64,000 nt of DNA, taken from IMG/VR virus record IMGVR_UViG_3300036668_000173, positions 1 to 64,000 of that record; one strand, written 5' to 3'. The first letter of the stretch is position 1. Each line of letters starts with the position of its first letter. Under the pieces are notes generated by a model. It did not search any database, was not told the DNA's origin, and was given only the letters and a program-made list of their open reading frames with translations. Source of the stretch: a virus. The position numbers were made by a program, and so were the translations under genes. Positions 28,632 to 38,291 of the stretch are shown in pieces.

Positions 28632-30704
28632 ATGAAATCAAAATCTTTACTGGCTAAACTCCTATCCAAAGAAAATATAATTGTTCATCAAGGAAACTAT
28701 GAAACCGCATTCTTTGATCTAGAACAAAGAATTCTAGGCTTGCCCCTATGGGAAGAGTTTACGAGCGACACGACAGATCTTCTTATTGGTCATGAGGTGG
28801 GTCACGCCCTTCATACACCAATAGAAGGTCTTCATTCTTTCTTAGACGCAGAAAACAAGATCCCTAAGTCCTTTATGAATATCATCGAAGATATTCGAAT
28901 CGAGAAGCTCATACAACGAGATTACATAGGATTGGTTCCGTGCTTTAAGCGTGGGTACAAGGCTCTACACGAAAGAGACTTTTTTAAGATTGCCGATAAA
29001 GACGTACAAAAAATGTCTTTTATGAATCGTCTAAATCTTAAATCTAAATTAAGGGATGATATAGTAGTAGAGTTTTCTGAAGAAGAGCAACCTTACTTAA
29101 AAATGGCAATGGCAGTAGAAACGTGGGACGACGTGGTACGCGCATGCGAAGGTATTTATAATTACCTTAAGTCAAAGCAAGATGAAAATGAACGTCCAGA
29201 ATCACCTAAAACTAAAGGTGAAGAATTAGACTCTAAACCATTTAATGATACCCAAGAGTCTACTAGTGGAGAATATACGCTAGGCAATGATCAGTGCGAC
29301 GACCTAGAATCAGACGGTTCATCTGGAACGGAGCTAGAAGAAGAGATAGGCTCAGACGACGAACTAGAAGACGAGATGGATACCTCAACAGACGAAAACT
29401 TTCGAGAAAGTGAAAGGGAGATGTCTGTCAAATCGCCCAATGATAATATTCCATTAGTGATTCATTCGCCCACAGATAAACAAGTTGATGAAATCATAGT
29501 TCGAAACGAAGCCGTAATTGCACAACGAAATTCTATTTTAAAAGAGTTGATTGAAAATAAAGAGTTCTCAGAGTACAGAACCTTTTTAGACGAAACTAAT
29601 AAGATTGTTAAGGTTATGGTTCGAGAATTTGAAATGCGAAAATGTGCATACCAACACTCGAGAGCAAAGACTTCTAAAAGTGGTACATTAAATTTAAAGA
29701 AACTTCATGAGTATAAATTTTCAGAAGACATCTTTAATTCTATTACCACATTAGCCAACGTCAAGAGTCATGGCATGATAATGTTGATGGATCGTTCGTA
29801 TTCTATGCATGAAATTTTGCACGAAGTGGCAAGACAAACTATAACCTTGGCCATGTTTTGTAGAAAGGCGAATATCCCATTCGAGGTGTATACTTTTGCG
29901 TCTTTTGGTCGTTCGGCTATTCCAGAGCCGACCATTATTCCTTATCACCTTGATGTAAAAAATGTAGGAATAGTCGAAGTATTGTCGTCAAGATTTAACA
30001 AAAAAGAATTTGAGCTCGCCTGTAAAAGTCTTTTTCTTGTTACTAATGGCAATACAAAATTTGAAAAGTCAGATTTAGATTCTATGGGAGGTACTCCGTT
30101 AAACGAAGCGTTGTTGGCAGTTCCAAAAATTATTAAAGATTTTAAGAAAAAGTATAACACCCAAAAGTTGTCGTTCACTTTGCTAAGTGACGGAGAAGGA
30201 TCTACATTTAATTATTATGACAACCAAAAGGAATCGAAACATTTAGCGTCTGGCTTTTATAAAAATGACACGTATTTAAATTTTGATTCTGGAAATAAGC
30301 TAATTAAAATTGATCCATCTAATAACTATAGTCAGTTCAAGTATCAAATTGTCAAAATAATTAAGGATATGGGAGTCAATACCATATGTTATTATTTGTC
30401 ACAAGATTCAGTGGATTACTCGTCAAAGATAGGAGAGATAAACGATTCTTATGCTAGTAAAATATTCGATGACGCCAAAAAAATGATGGAATCTCAAAAA
30501 TTTGTATCATATGAAAATCTTAAGGGGTTTAATAAATTTTTTATACTTAAGTCGAGCATGAATATATTAGATACAAATGTTGGCGATTTTGATGTGTTGA
30601 AGGGATATTCGACTAAGGGGATCAGCAACGCATTTAAAAAATATTCATCTAAGGTCAAATTGAATCGTCTTTTTGCTGTACAATACGTGAAAACAATTTC
30701 TTAA
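28632..30704 (+). CDS. HEXXH metallopeptidase-like + VWA (CobT-like) protein
   Basis: HEVGH, NIIEDIRIE, acidic linker, MIDAS DRSYS, GGTPL, LSDGEG. Confidence 0.8.
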   Translation: MKSKSLLAKLLSKENIIVHQGNYETAFFDLEQRILGLPLWEEFTSDTTDLLIGHEVGHALHTPIEGLHSFLDAENKIPKSFMNIIEDIRIEKLIQRDYIGLVPCFKRGYKALHERDFFKIADKDVQKMSFMNRLNLKSKLRDDIVVEFSEEEQPYLKMAMAVETWDDVVRACEGIYNYLKSKQDENERPESPKTKGEELDSKPFNDTQESTSGEYTLGNDQCDDLESDGSSGTELEEEIGSDDELEDEMDTSTDENFRESEREMSVKSPNDNIPLVIHSPTDKQVDEIIVRNEAVIAQRNSILKELIENKEFSEYRTFLDETNKIVKVMVREFEMRKCAYQHSRAKTSKSGTLNLKKLHEYKFSEDIFNSITTLANVKSHGMIMLMDRSYSMHEILHEVARQTITLAMFCRKANIPFEVYTFASFGRSAIPEPTIIPYHLDVKNVGIVEVLSSRFNKKEFELACKSLFLVTNGNTKFEKSDLDSMGGTPLNEALLAVPKIIKDFKKKYNTQKLSFTLLSDGEGSTFNYYDNQKESKHLASGFYKNDTYLNFDSGNKLIKIDPSNNYSQFKYQIVKIIKDMGVNTICYYLSQDSVDYSSKIGEINDSYASKIFDDAKKMMESQKFVSYENLKGFNKFFILKSSMNILDTNVGDFDVLKGYSTKGISNAFKKYSSKVKLNRLFAVQYVKTIS

Positions 30705-30724
30705 TTTTTAGAGTAAACTACATC

Positions 30725-31633
30725 ATGAATTTAAATGAAGCTATCGCCACACCATATGTACCGATCAAAGATCCTTGTTTTATAAAATGGGGTCATTGTT
30801 TAGACGTCGAAAAAATTATCAAGTCCACATTGTTTTATCCGACCTTCATTACAGGACATTCGGGCAATGGTAAGACCATAATGGTCGAACAAAGTTGTGC
30901 TAACCTAGGTCGAGAATATATACGTATACAGGTCAGTCCAGAAACCGATGAAGACGATTTGATTGGTGGCTTTAGATTGATTGACGGTAATACCGTTTTC
31001 GTAAAGGGTCCAGTTGTCAATGCAATGGAGTTGGGCGCAATACTTTTGATTGATGAAATCGATCGTGGGTCAAATAAAATAATGTGCCTTCAAGGAATAC
31101 TCGAAGGTAAGGGTGTTCTGATAAAAAAGACGGGAGAGTTGGTACATCCAAAAAAAGGGTTTAACATTATTGCCACGGCTAACACAAAAGGTCAGGGTTC
31201 TGATGATGGTAAGTTCATATCGGCAATCATCATGGACGAAGCATTCTTAGAACGCTTTGTGATAACATTTGAGCAACCATATCCTTCTATGGCAATAGAG
31301 AAGAAAATTCTATTAACTCATATGGAAAAATATGGGGTGAAGGACGTTGCATTTTCGGAATCCCTAACACATTGGGCAGATACCATAAGAAAGACATTTG
31401 CAGACGGTGGAGTTGACGACATTATTACGACTAGACGCCTTTGCCATATCATACAAACCTATTCTCTTTTCGATGACCGCAATAAGGCAATTAAGCTGTG
31501 CGTGAATCGATTCGAAAGTGACGTAAAAGATGCATTCTTAGATCTTTATAAAAAGATAGATGACTCCATCAAACCTACCCAAACCAATAACACTATAGGA
31601 GATGAAATAGATGCGCTTTTATCAGGAAGCTAA
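30725..31633 (+). CDS. cobS: MoxR/CobS-like AAA+ ATPase
   Basis: GHSGNGKT, LLIDEID, TANTKG, AFLERF, ITTRRL. Confidence 0.85.
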   Translation: MNLNEAIATPYVPIKDPCFIKWGHCLDVEKIIKSTLFYPTFITGHSGNGKTIMVEQSCANLGREYIRIQVSPETDEDDLIGGFRLIDGNTVFVKGPVVNAMELGAILLIDEIDRGSNKIMCLQGILEGKGVLIKKTGELVHPKKGFNIIATANTKGQGSDDGKFISAIIMDEAFLERFVITFEQPYPSMAIEKKILLTHMEKYGVKDVAFSESLTHWADTIRKTFADGGVDDIITTRRLCHIIQTYSLFDDRNKAIKLCVNRFESDVKDAFLDLYKKIDDSIKPTQTNNTIGDEIDALLSGS

Positions 31634-31958
31634 AGAGCAACCTACTGAAGAGGTGCTTGGTGTAAAGCATGACCAAGATAAGCCAGACTACACCCTTGTT
31701 CCTTACAAGGCTTTAGATGAAGTCGTAAAGGTATTGACCTATGGATCAAAGAAGTATTCAAGAGATAACTGGAGGCATGTCGACCCTAAACGATATGAAG
31801 CCGCGATGATGCGACATTTTTCAAAGTACATGCAAGGAGAGCCTATAGACCCTGAGACTGGATACCATCATATTGCACACATGGCATGTTCGGTATTATT
31901 TTTATTAGAAAATGAATTGAAAAAAGATGCACAAGAACCAAAAAGTGGTGTATACTAG
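31611..31958 (+). CDS. DUF5664 dATP/dGTP diphosphohydrolase-like protein
   Basis: GVKHDQDKP, YGSKKY..DNW, AMMRH, DPETG.HH.AH. Confidence 0.8.
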   Translation: MRFYQEAKEQPTEEVLGVKHDQDKPDYTLVPYKALDEVVKVLTYGSKKYSRDNWRHVDPKRYEAAMMRHFSKYMQGEPIDPETGYHHIAHMACSVLFLLENELKKDAQEPKSGVY

Positions 31959-31993
31959 TACACTTTATTTAAAAATGTGAAGGATATAATATT

Positions 31994-32674
31994 ATGAAGC
32001 TTTCCCCAAAAACAGTAAACCTATTAAAAAACTTTGCTTCGATCCAACCTAACATGTTATTTGTTAAGGGTAACAGCCAACAGACGATGGCAGAGCTTGG
32101 CAACATCGTGTGTGAAGCCGAGATTGAAGAAGACTTTTCTCAAGAATTTGGCATTTCGGATTTATCAGAATTCCTGTCGGTGTTCGGTATGTTTCAGTCG
32201 CCCGAGTTGTCGTTTGATGATTCCATGACTTCTGTAAATTTTAAGGAAGGAAATCGATCAGTAAAATATTTTGTGTCTGATCCTAGTATCATTACTTCAC
32301 CCAAAAAGAAGGTAAAAATTCCAGACGTGGCACTGAGCTTCACCCTCACGGCAGAAGACTTATTGACTTTAAGGAAAGCGTCCTCTGCACTAAAAGTGGA
32401 GCACATGGTAATCACTAAAGCGACCGATAGCACAATTTCGGTAAAAATGACAGACATCGATGACGTCACATCAAATGCTTTTAATCTTGAGCTTTCAAGT
32501 GATAAAATGCCCGAAGAAGATTTTAAATTTATATATAGAATCTCTAACCTTAAAGTACTTTCGGGTGACTATGTAGTAGAAATCTCATCTAAGAGAGTAA
32601 CAAAATTAACAGATAGCACACAAAACCTTGTGTACTTTATTTCATTAGAAATTGAATCAACCTACGGAGAGTAA
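31994..32674 (+). CDS. gp45: Sliding clamp gp45
   Basis: MKLS..T..LLKNFASI, FGISDLSEFL, NLK...GDY.V. Confidence 0.9.
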   Translation: MKLSPKTVNLLKNFASIQPNMLFVKGNSQQTMAELGNIVCEAEIEEDFSQEFGISDLSEFLSVFGMFQSPELSFDDSMTSVNFKEGNRSVKYFVSDPSIITSPKKKVKIPDVALSFTLTAEDLLTLRKASSALKVEHMVITKATDSTISVKMTDIDDVTSNAFNLELSSDKMPEEDFKFIYRISNLKVLSGDYVVEISSKRVTKLTDSTQNLVYFISLEIESTYGE

Positions 32675-32678
32675 AACT

Positions 32679-32915
32679 ATGACAAACGAAACAACCCCAA
32701 ACCCACAATTAAACATCAACGATATTCAGGCAACCGTACAAGTCATTGACGTAGTCACCAAGCGTGGTGCCTTTGAAGGTGCAGAATTAGAAGCCGTAGG
32801 TAGCCTTCGTAATCGCTTTGCGACATTTTTAAATGCCAATGCACCTGAAAAGCAAGAGCAAATTCCAGAGTCTGCTGGAGACACTGCACAACTCTTAAAT
32901 GAATCAAAGGACTAA
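32679..32915 (+). CDS. Conserved hypothetical protein
   Basis: IDVVTKRGAF motif; RBS ggaga. Confidence 0.6.
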   Translation: MTNETTPNPQLNINDIQATVQVIDVVTKRGAFEGAELEAVGSLRNRFATFLNANAPEKQEQIPESAGDTAQLLNESKD

Positions 32916-32922
32916 TTAGATC

Positions 32923-33093
32923 ATGCAACTTCTTAAAAGAGTTATGCAAAAAAACGAAAAAGACGGAAGTTTTGAATTGCTTGTGGCTCTTGCGATTAAC
33001 TCTGCAGAGTTGCAGAATCAGCTATCGACCGATAAAGATGCCTTTTATAATATCGGAAAAGAATTTGTTAATGTTATCACGGAGATAAAGTAA
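32923..33093 (+). CDS. Hypothetical 56-aa protein (below ORF-track cutoff)
   Basis: MQLLKRVMQK...VITEIK; fills the gap and is TAATG-coupled to the next gene. Confidence 0.5.
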   Translation: MQLLKRVMQKNEKDGSFELLVALAINSAELQNQLSTDKDAFYNIGKEFVNVITEIK

Positions 33094-33356
33094 TGTCTAT
33101 AAATGTTGTTGTGCCCTCTTCGCCAGAAGATCGTGCTAGAATTCAATCAGCACTAAGTGAAATTTCTAATGCAATGACTCGCATTGAGTCAGAGCGAGCC
33201 TACATCAAAGAGTCCTTAGAAATGTTAGAAGAAAGTTTCGAGCTACCTAAAAAATATATGCGAAAGGTCGCGCTCGTGTATCATAAGCAAAATCTTAATG
33301 AAGTTCGAAATGAGTTTTCTGATGTAGAAGACATTTACAATGCAGTAACATCTTAA
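33093..33356 (+). CDS. dsbA: Double-stranded DNA binding protein (T4 DsbA-like)
   Basis: EISNAMTRIESER..IKE, K...LVYHKQN pattern. Confidence 0.7.
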   Translation: MSINVVVPSSPEDRARIQSALSEISNAMTRIESERAYIKESLEMLEESFELPKKYMRKVALVYHKQNLNEVRNEFSDVEDIYNAVTS

Positions 33357-33370
33357 AGGAGTATTACCTC

Positions 33371-33574
33371 ATGGACAGTTTAGTTAAAAACAGTTTAATT
33401 ATTATTTTTGCCCTAGGATTTTTAGTCTTTGCGCCAATCCTAACGATCATGTCATTAAATCAGCTATTTGATCTTGGTATCACAATTACCTTCTGGTCAT
33501 GGGCTTCTGTGGTTTGGTTAAACATGACAGTTCTTGGTGGATTGTCTGCTTCAATAAAACACTTAAAAAAGTAG
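33371..33574 (+). CDS. Small membrane protein
   Basis: Two hydrophobic helices; aaggag RBS. Confidence 0.6.
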   Translation: MDSLVKNSLIIIFALGFLVFAPILTIMSLNQLFDLGITITFWSWASVVWLNMTVLGGLSASIKHLKK

Positions 33575-33629
33575 TACAATAGTAAAATTATTTAATTGAA
33601 AACTTTATATCATGGGGGGTATCTAATAT

Positions 33630-34571
33630 ATGTCTAATGAATTTTTATGGGTAGAAAAGTACAGACCTCAAACAGTTTCTGAGTGTATTTTACCTAAGTC
33701 AATAAAATCTACTTTTTCTTCTATTCTTAAAAGTGGTGAGATACCCAACATGTTATTTACGGGTACTGCAGGAGTGGGTAAGACTACGATTGCTAGAGCC
33801 CTTTGTAATGAGCTTGGTCTTGATTACATCATAATCAATGGTTCCGAAGAGGGCAACATTGATACGCTTCGAGGCAAGATAAAACATTTTGCGTCTACCA
33901 TATCTCTATCGGGTAGTGGGTACAAGGTTGTCATTCTGGATGAAGCCGACTATCTAAATGCAAACTCTTTTCAACCCGCGCTTCGTGGATTCATAGAAGA
34001 GTACTCAAAGAACTGTAGGTTCATCCTTACCTGTAATTTTAAGAATCGTATCATTGAGCCATTGCATTCTCGTTGTTCTACCCACGAATTTAATATTCCA
34101 AATTCAGAAAAGCCTAAGTTAGCTTCAGAGTTTTTCAAGAGGTTAACAGGTATTTTAGAAAAGGAATCAGTACAGTTTGAACCAAGAGCTTTGGCAACAC
34201 TGATCGAACGATTCTTTCCTGATTGGCGTCGGGTTCTTAATGAGTGCCAACGGTATTCAATCAGTGGGTCGATTGATGCAGGAATTCTTGTAAACTTATC
34301 TGACACGAATGTTGATGTCCTAATGACTTCGTTAAAGGATAAAGACTTTAAGACAATGCGAAAATGGGTAGTCGACAATATCGATACAGACCCACAAATC
34401 ATTTTTAGAAAAGTATATGATACGATGACCGATTTTGTTGCACCTGCTTCGGTTCCTCAGATGGTTTTAATCATTGCAGACTATCAATACAAAAATGCAT
34501 TCGTTGCCGATCGAGAAATTAATACGGTCGCCTTTATGACAGAGTTGATGGCTAACATGGAGTGGAAATGA
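33630..34571 (+). CDS. gp44: Clamp loader large subunit gp44
   Basis: LWVEKYRP, GTAGVGKT, ILDEAD, PLHSRC, FPDWR. Confidence 0.95.
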   Translation: MSNEFLWVEKYRPQTVSECILPKSIKSTFSSILKSGEIPNMLFTGTAGVGKTTIARALCNELGLDYIIINGSEEGNIDTLRGKIKHFASTISLSGSGYKVVILDEADYLNANSFQPALRGFIEEYSKNCRFILTCNFKNRIIEPLHSRCSTHEFNIPNSEKPKLASEFFKRLTGILEKESVQFEPRALATLIERFFPDWRRVLNECQRYSISGSIDAGILVNLSDTNVDVLMTSLKDKDFKTMRKWVVDNIDTDPQIIFRKVYDTMTDFVAPASVPQMVLIIADYQYKNAFVADREINTVAFMTELMANMEWK

Positions 34572-35155
34572 AAACTAACCCTATAATTTTTGATTTTGAG
34601 ACTCTAGGGACTGATGTCAATAAATGTGTAGTATTGTGTATGGGCATTCTTCAGTTTGACGACACACGGCTTAATTCTAATAACCCTTACACCTACGAAG
34701 AGTTATTGAATCTTGGTGTTCTAATTAAGTTTGACGTCTCTTTACAAGTCAATAAGTACGGAAGAAAAATAGATCCTCAAAGTGTCGATTGGTGGTCAGA
34801 ACAATCTAAAGAGTCAAGGAAGATTCTTACCCCAACAAAGTCTGATGTGTCAATTGATACATTACATGGCATTCTCTGTGCTTACGATCAACCAAGGAAG
34901 ATATATACTAGAGGTAGTAATTTTGATCCCCTTATTTTAGATTCTTTGATGCTCGACACCAAAAAAAGTAATCCGTTTGATTGGTGGAATTTTAGAGATA
35001 CTCGTTCTCTAATTGAAGGTTTGTCGTATGGATCTGGTTTGAAACATAATTATATACCCGAAGAATTGGAAGGTAAAATTGTGGCACATAACCCAATACA
35101 CGATATCGCATTAGATGTCATAAGGATTCAACAACTAGCAAGACTTATGTTATAA
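34568..35155 (+). CDS. dexA: DEDDh 3'-5' exonuclease, DexA-like
   Basis: DFETLG, RGSNFD, RDTRS, HNPIHD. Confidence 0.8.
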   Translation: MKTNPIIFDFETLGTDVNKCVVLCMGILQFDDTRLNSNNPYTYEELLNLGVLIKFDVSLQVNKYGRKIDPQSVDWWSEQSKESRKILTPTKSDVSIDTLHGILCAYDQPRKIYTRGSNFDPLILDSLMLDTKKSNPFDWWNFRDTRSLIEGLSYGSGLKHNYIPEELEGKIVAHNPIHDIALDVIRIQQLARLML

Positions 35156-35156
35156 T

Positions 35157-35450
35157 ATGCTAATTACTTCAATTAGACGTACCACAAACTGGATCAAATA
35201 TGATTTTAGCTCTCATCCTATTCGTTTTCTCATTGAGTTGTGCGCTTGGGGCATATCAATTGCTTGTAGCATTACGATGGCAGTCACCGTCCCGAACCCG
35301 CCATTACTTATTTTATATCCTATCTGGATTATTGGTTGTTCAATGTATCTCTGGTCTGCTCATACTCGCAAATCTTTTGGAATGTTCGCGAACTACATGT
35401 TACTTGTCATTATAGATTCGGTTGGTTTAATTAGAATGGTGGTCTTATGA
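35157..35450 (+). CDS. Membrane protein
   Basis: Three hydrophobic segments. Confidence 0.6.
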   Translation: MLITSIRRTTNWIKYDFSSHPIRFLIELCAWGISIACSITMAVTVPNPPLLILYPIWIIGCSMYLWSAHTRKSFGMFANYMLLVIIDSVGLIRMVVL

Positions 35451-35827
35451 ATCCTTATGAATATGTTAAATCTATCAATCAAACAAAAGAAAACATTATG
35501 GTCGATGACGAGTCCGAGAAAGGCTACAATTCGTATATTGTAAATCGAAGCCTGTCATATTTTAATGACACTGTTATGTTTGCCAATGAAATGAATGTAA
35601 ATCATCAATTAGACAATCGACTAAAGTATGAGTTTCTATTAGGGACTATTCGTAAGAAGGCTAGGTTCTCTAAATGGATAAAGCCCGACACCGAAGAGTC
35701 TCTAAACATAATCAAAGAGTGTTACGGATATAGTAACGAAAAGGCTCTTCAAGTGTTAAATTTATTGTCTGTCGAACAAATAGGACAGATCAAAAGACGA
35801 CTATCGAAGGGTGGTCGGACTCCTTAA
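35447..35827 (+). CDS. gp62: Clamp loader small subunit gp62
   Basis: NRSLSYF.D, ANEMN, RFSKW, YGYSNEKA. Confidence 0.9.
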   Translation: MNPYEYVKSINQTKENIMVDDESEKGYNSYIVNRSLSYFNDTVMFANEMNVNHQLDNRLKYEFLLGTIRKKARFSKWIKPDTEESLNIIKECYGYSNEKALQVLNLLSVEQIGQIKRRLSKGGRTP

Positions 35828-35907
35828 AGTTTTTAGATGTTGATCAGTTTACCCTCTACTGACCAACTGTTAAATGTGTAAGAGGGAATTCATGGAGTTA
35901 TAATATA

Positions 35908-36093
35908 ATGTCTCATAAAGAAAAAATCGCAAAGTACTTAACAAAAAAAGAACAGACTATTCGTCAACTTAGTAGCTTGTTGAGTATCAAAGAAAATGCG
36001 GTTCGTTCGCGTGTAGCCGAGCTTCGACAAGACGGCATGAGTATCGAAACAATCACTACGAAGAGTGGCAAGACTGCATACAAGATGTCGTAA
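35908..36093 (+). CDS. Small winged-HTH DNA-binding protein
   Basis: TIRQLSSLLSIKENAVRSRVAELRQDG HTH pattern. Confidence 0.7.
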   Translation: MSHKEKIAKYLTKKEQTIRQLSSLLSIKENAVRSRVAELRQDGMSIETITTKSGKTAYKMS

Positions 36094-36112
36094 TACAAAT
36101 CTTTGATGTCCT

Positions 36113-36168
36113 ATAACAAAGATAGTGCGTGAGTATAAATACTTTCATACTATCTTTGTTATTTTTTT
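36113..36168 (+). terminator. 14-bp hairpin plus T7 tract with late promoter TATAAATA (36134-36141) in its loop
   Basis: ataacaaagatagt (36113-36126) / actatctttgttat (36149-36162). Confidence 0.75.
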
Positions 36169-36180
36169 AAGTGAGGTTAT

Positions 36181-37791
36181 ATGAATTGTCCAGAATGCCA
36201 GAGTGAAAATGTTCACGGAAATGGTTTCAGAAATACCACGCAGGGTAGAACAAAACGATACCGATGTATGGGTTGTGGTAAAGGTTTTTCGCTACCTTCA
36301 GATCTTACAGGAGATAATGAAGATCTTGGTGCCTATGATGAGACCTATGTTCGAGAAAAAGAATGGTTAGAAGAAAAGATTAAGAACCATCGTAAATTCG
36401 TCATAACTTCGGCTCAGTCGAACACCGACACGAACGAGAAATTTTTAAAGTCTTTGCTTACTTTTTGCAAGCATAACAAGGCACAACTTTTAGTCATTCC
36501 GATTAAGTATAGAAATCCAACATCAGCAGAAGACGAAAGTAATTATACATGGAGCACTTCGCTTCAGGACTACATGATCGAAAACAATTTTAAATTGCAT
36601 CCAAATCTTAAGGTCTTAGGCGCATTGAAAATAAATGCAACTGCAGAAAATCCTATGACGGGTCTAGATCCCATTTCAAAGGGAGACTCTGTAATCATTG
36701 GGCATAACCAATTACAAATGAAAACGCTTGCGGTGCAACAAAGCGACTTCCCTGTCATCATGTCTTCGACAGGAACCGTGTCCGAAAAAGATTATTCAAT
36801 TTCTAAAATGGGTTACAAGGCTCAGTTCAACCATTCATTTTCGGCTGTACTTGTCGAGCTACCACCACTAAATGCAAAAGATGATAATGACGTGTTTCAT
36901 ATTAGGCATTTAAATTTTGATGGTCGTGGGTTCTTTGACTTGTCGTATTACTATTTGCCTACTAAGGCAACCAAAGACGTCTCTAGTGTAGAAGCAATTG
37001 TTACGGGCGACGAACATGCATTGTTTACAGATCCAGTAGTTAAGTCGGTGACCTATATGTCACAGGACTCAATTGTAAAAACTTTGAAGCCTAAATTTAT
37101 TGTTCGTCATGATGTGCTTGATTGTTATACGGTAAGCCACCACCACAGACATTCGGTGTTTACTCAGTATGCAAAATATAAATGTGGTATGAATAAGATC
37201 GAAGACGAGTTGAATTTAACCATTCAGTACATAAAGGAAACAAGTCCAATATTGGCAACAAATTTAATTGTTCCTTCTAATCACAATGATCACTTGACGA
37301 GGTGGTTAAACGAGACGGATCCAAAGTATGAGCCATGGAATGCTGTGTTATACCACAAACTCATGTACCGTATGTTGGAACATACTAATATCGATTCGTC
37401 GGGTACGGTTCATCCAAATCCGTTTGAGCTTTATTGTGGACACAGTTTTAAAAATTCGGGGAATAAGGTAGAGTTTTTGAGTCGAAACACTTCATACAAA
37501 ATCAAAGAAATTGAAATTGGTTTACATGGTGATAAGGGCCAGAATGGGTCGCGTGGGTCTAGAAAACAGTTGTCTACGTTACCATCAAAGACGATTATAG
37601 GACACTCTCACAGCCCTGGGATCGAAAAAGGTTGCTACCAAGTAGGTACGTCCTCCTACCTTAAATTAGAGTACACGTCTGGGCCCTCCTCTTGGCTTCA
37701 CACACATTGTCTGATCTACTCGAACGGTAAGAGACAACTTATCAATATTATTCGAGGAAAGTGGCGAGGGGATTCTAAGATTCACAAGTGA
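36181..37791 (+). CDS. Calcineurin-like metallophosphoesterase/nuclease resembling the T5 A1 family, with N-terminal CxxC-CxxC zinc ribbon
   Basis: KFVITSAQ, GDEH, HDVLD, SNHNDH, HGD, GHSH motifs; CPEC...CMGC. Confidence 0.7.
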   Translation: MNCPECQSENVHGNGFRNTTQGRTKRYRCMGCGKGFSLPSDLTGDNEDLGAYDETYVREKEWLEEKIKNHRKFVITSAQSNTDTNEKFLKSLLTFCKHNKAQLLVIPIKYRNPTSAEDESNYTWSTSLQDYMIENNFKLHPNLKVLGALKINATAENPMTGLDPISKGDSVIIGHNQLQMKTLAVQQSDFPVIMSSTGTVSEKDYSISKMGYKAQFNHSFSAVLVELPPLNAKDDNDVFHIRHLNFDGRGFFDLSYYYLPTKATKDVSSVEAIVTGDEHALFTDPVVKSVTYMSQDSIVKTLKPKFIVRHDVLDCYTVSHHHRHSVFTQYAKYKCGMNKIEDELNLTIQYIKETSPILATNLIVPSNHNDHLTRWLNETDPKYEPWNAVLYHKLMYRMLEHTNIDSSGTVHPNPFELYCGHSFKNSGNKVEFLSRNTSYKIKEIEIGLHGDKGQNGSRGSRKQLSTLPSKTIIGHSHSPGIEKGCYQVGTSSYLKLEYTSGPSSWLHTHCLIYSNGKRQLINIIRGKWRGDSKIHK

Positions 37792-37809
37792 CCTCTAAAA
37801 TCATTCTTT

Positions 37810-37817
37810 TATAAATA
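37810..37817 (+). promoter_or_regulatory. Late promoter TATAAATA upstream of regA
   Basis: Exact consensus. Confidence 0.65.
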
Positions 37818-37856
37818 ACATATATTATTGTTATTGCATCATAAAGGAATATTAAA

Positions 37857-38285
37857 ATGAGTGAATTTGTAAATCAATCAGAGCCCGTTGTATGGGATCC
37901 CTCTATGATGTTAGAGGTGATCCTAAACGAACCCGATGACTTTTTAAAAGTCCGAGAAACCTTAACACGGATTGGGGTCGCATCAAGAAAAGATAATACT
38001 CTATTTCAGTCGTGTCATATACTACACAAGCAAGGTCGATACTTTATCGTACACTTCAAGGAAATGTTTTTACTTGATGGTAAACCTTCTAATTTAGTAA
38101 AAAATGATCTTCAGAGGCGAGACACCATTATAACGTTACTATCCGACTGGGGTTTGATAACTGTTTTAGAAAATGGTCGAGATCTAGATTGTGCCCCACT
38201 AAGACAAATCAAAGTACTTTCGTTTAAAGAAAAGGAAAACTGGTTGTTGTCCCCAAAATATAATATTGGGAATTCGGATCGATAG
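37857..38285 (+). CDS. regA: Translational repressor RegA
   Basis: DDFLKVRETLTRIG, LFQSCHILHKQGRYFIVHFKE, KYNIG. Confidence 0.97.
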   Translation: MSEFVNQSEPVVWDPSMMLEVILNEPDDFLKVRETLTRIGVASRKDNTLFQSCHILHKQGRYFIVHFKEMFLLDGKPSNLVKNDLQRRDTIITLLSDWGLITVLENGRDLDCAPLRQIKVLSFKEKENWLLSPKYNIGNSDR

Positions 38286-38291
38286 AATACA

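Noticed and set aside
36181-36300. IS1 InsA-like zinc ribbon suggesting an insertion sequence
   Set aside because: It is fused in frame to a phosphoesterase; no DDE transposase, terminal inverted repeats or target duplication seen
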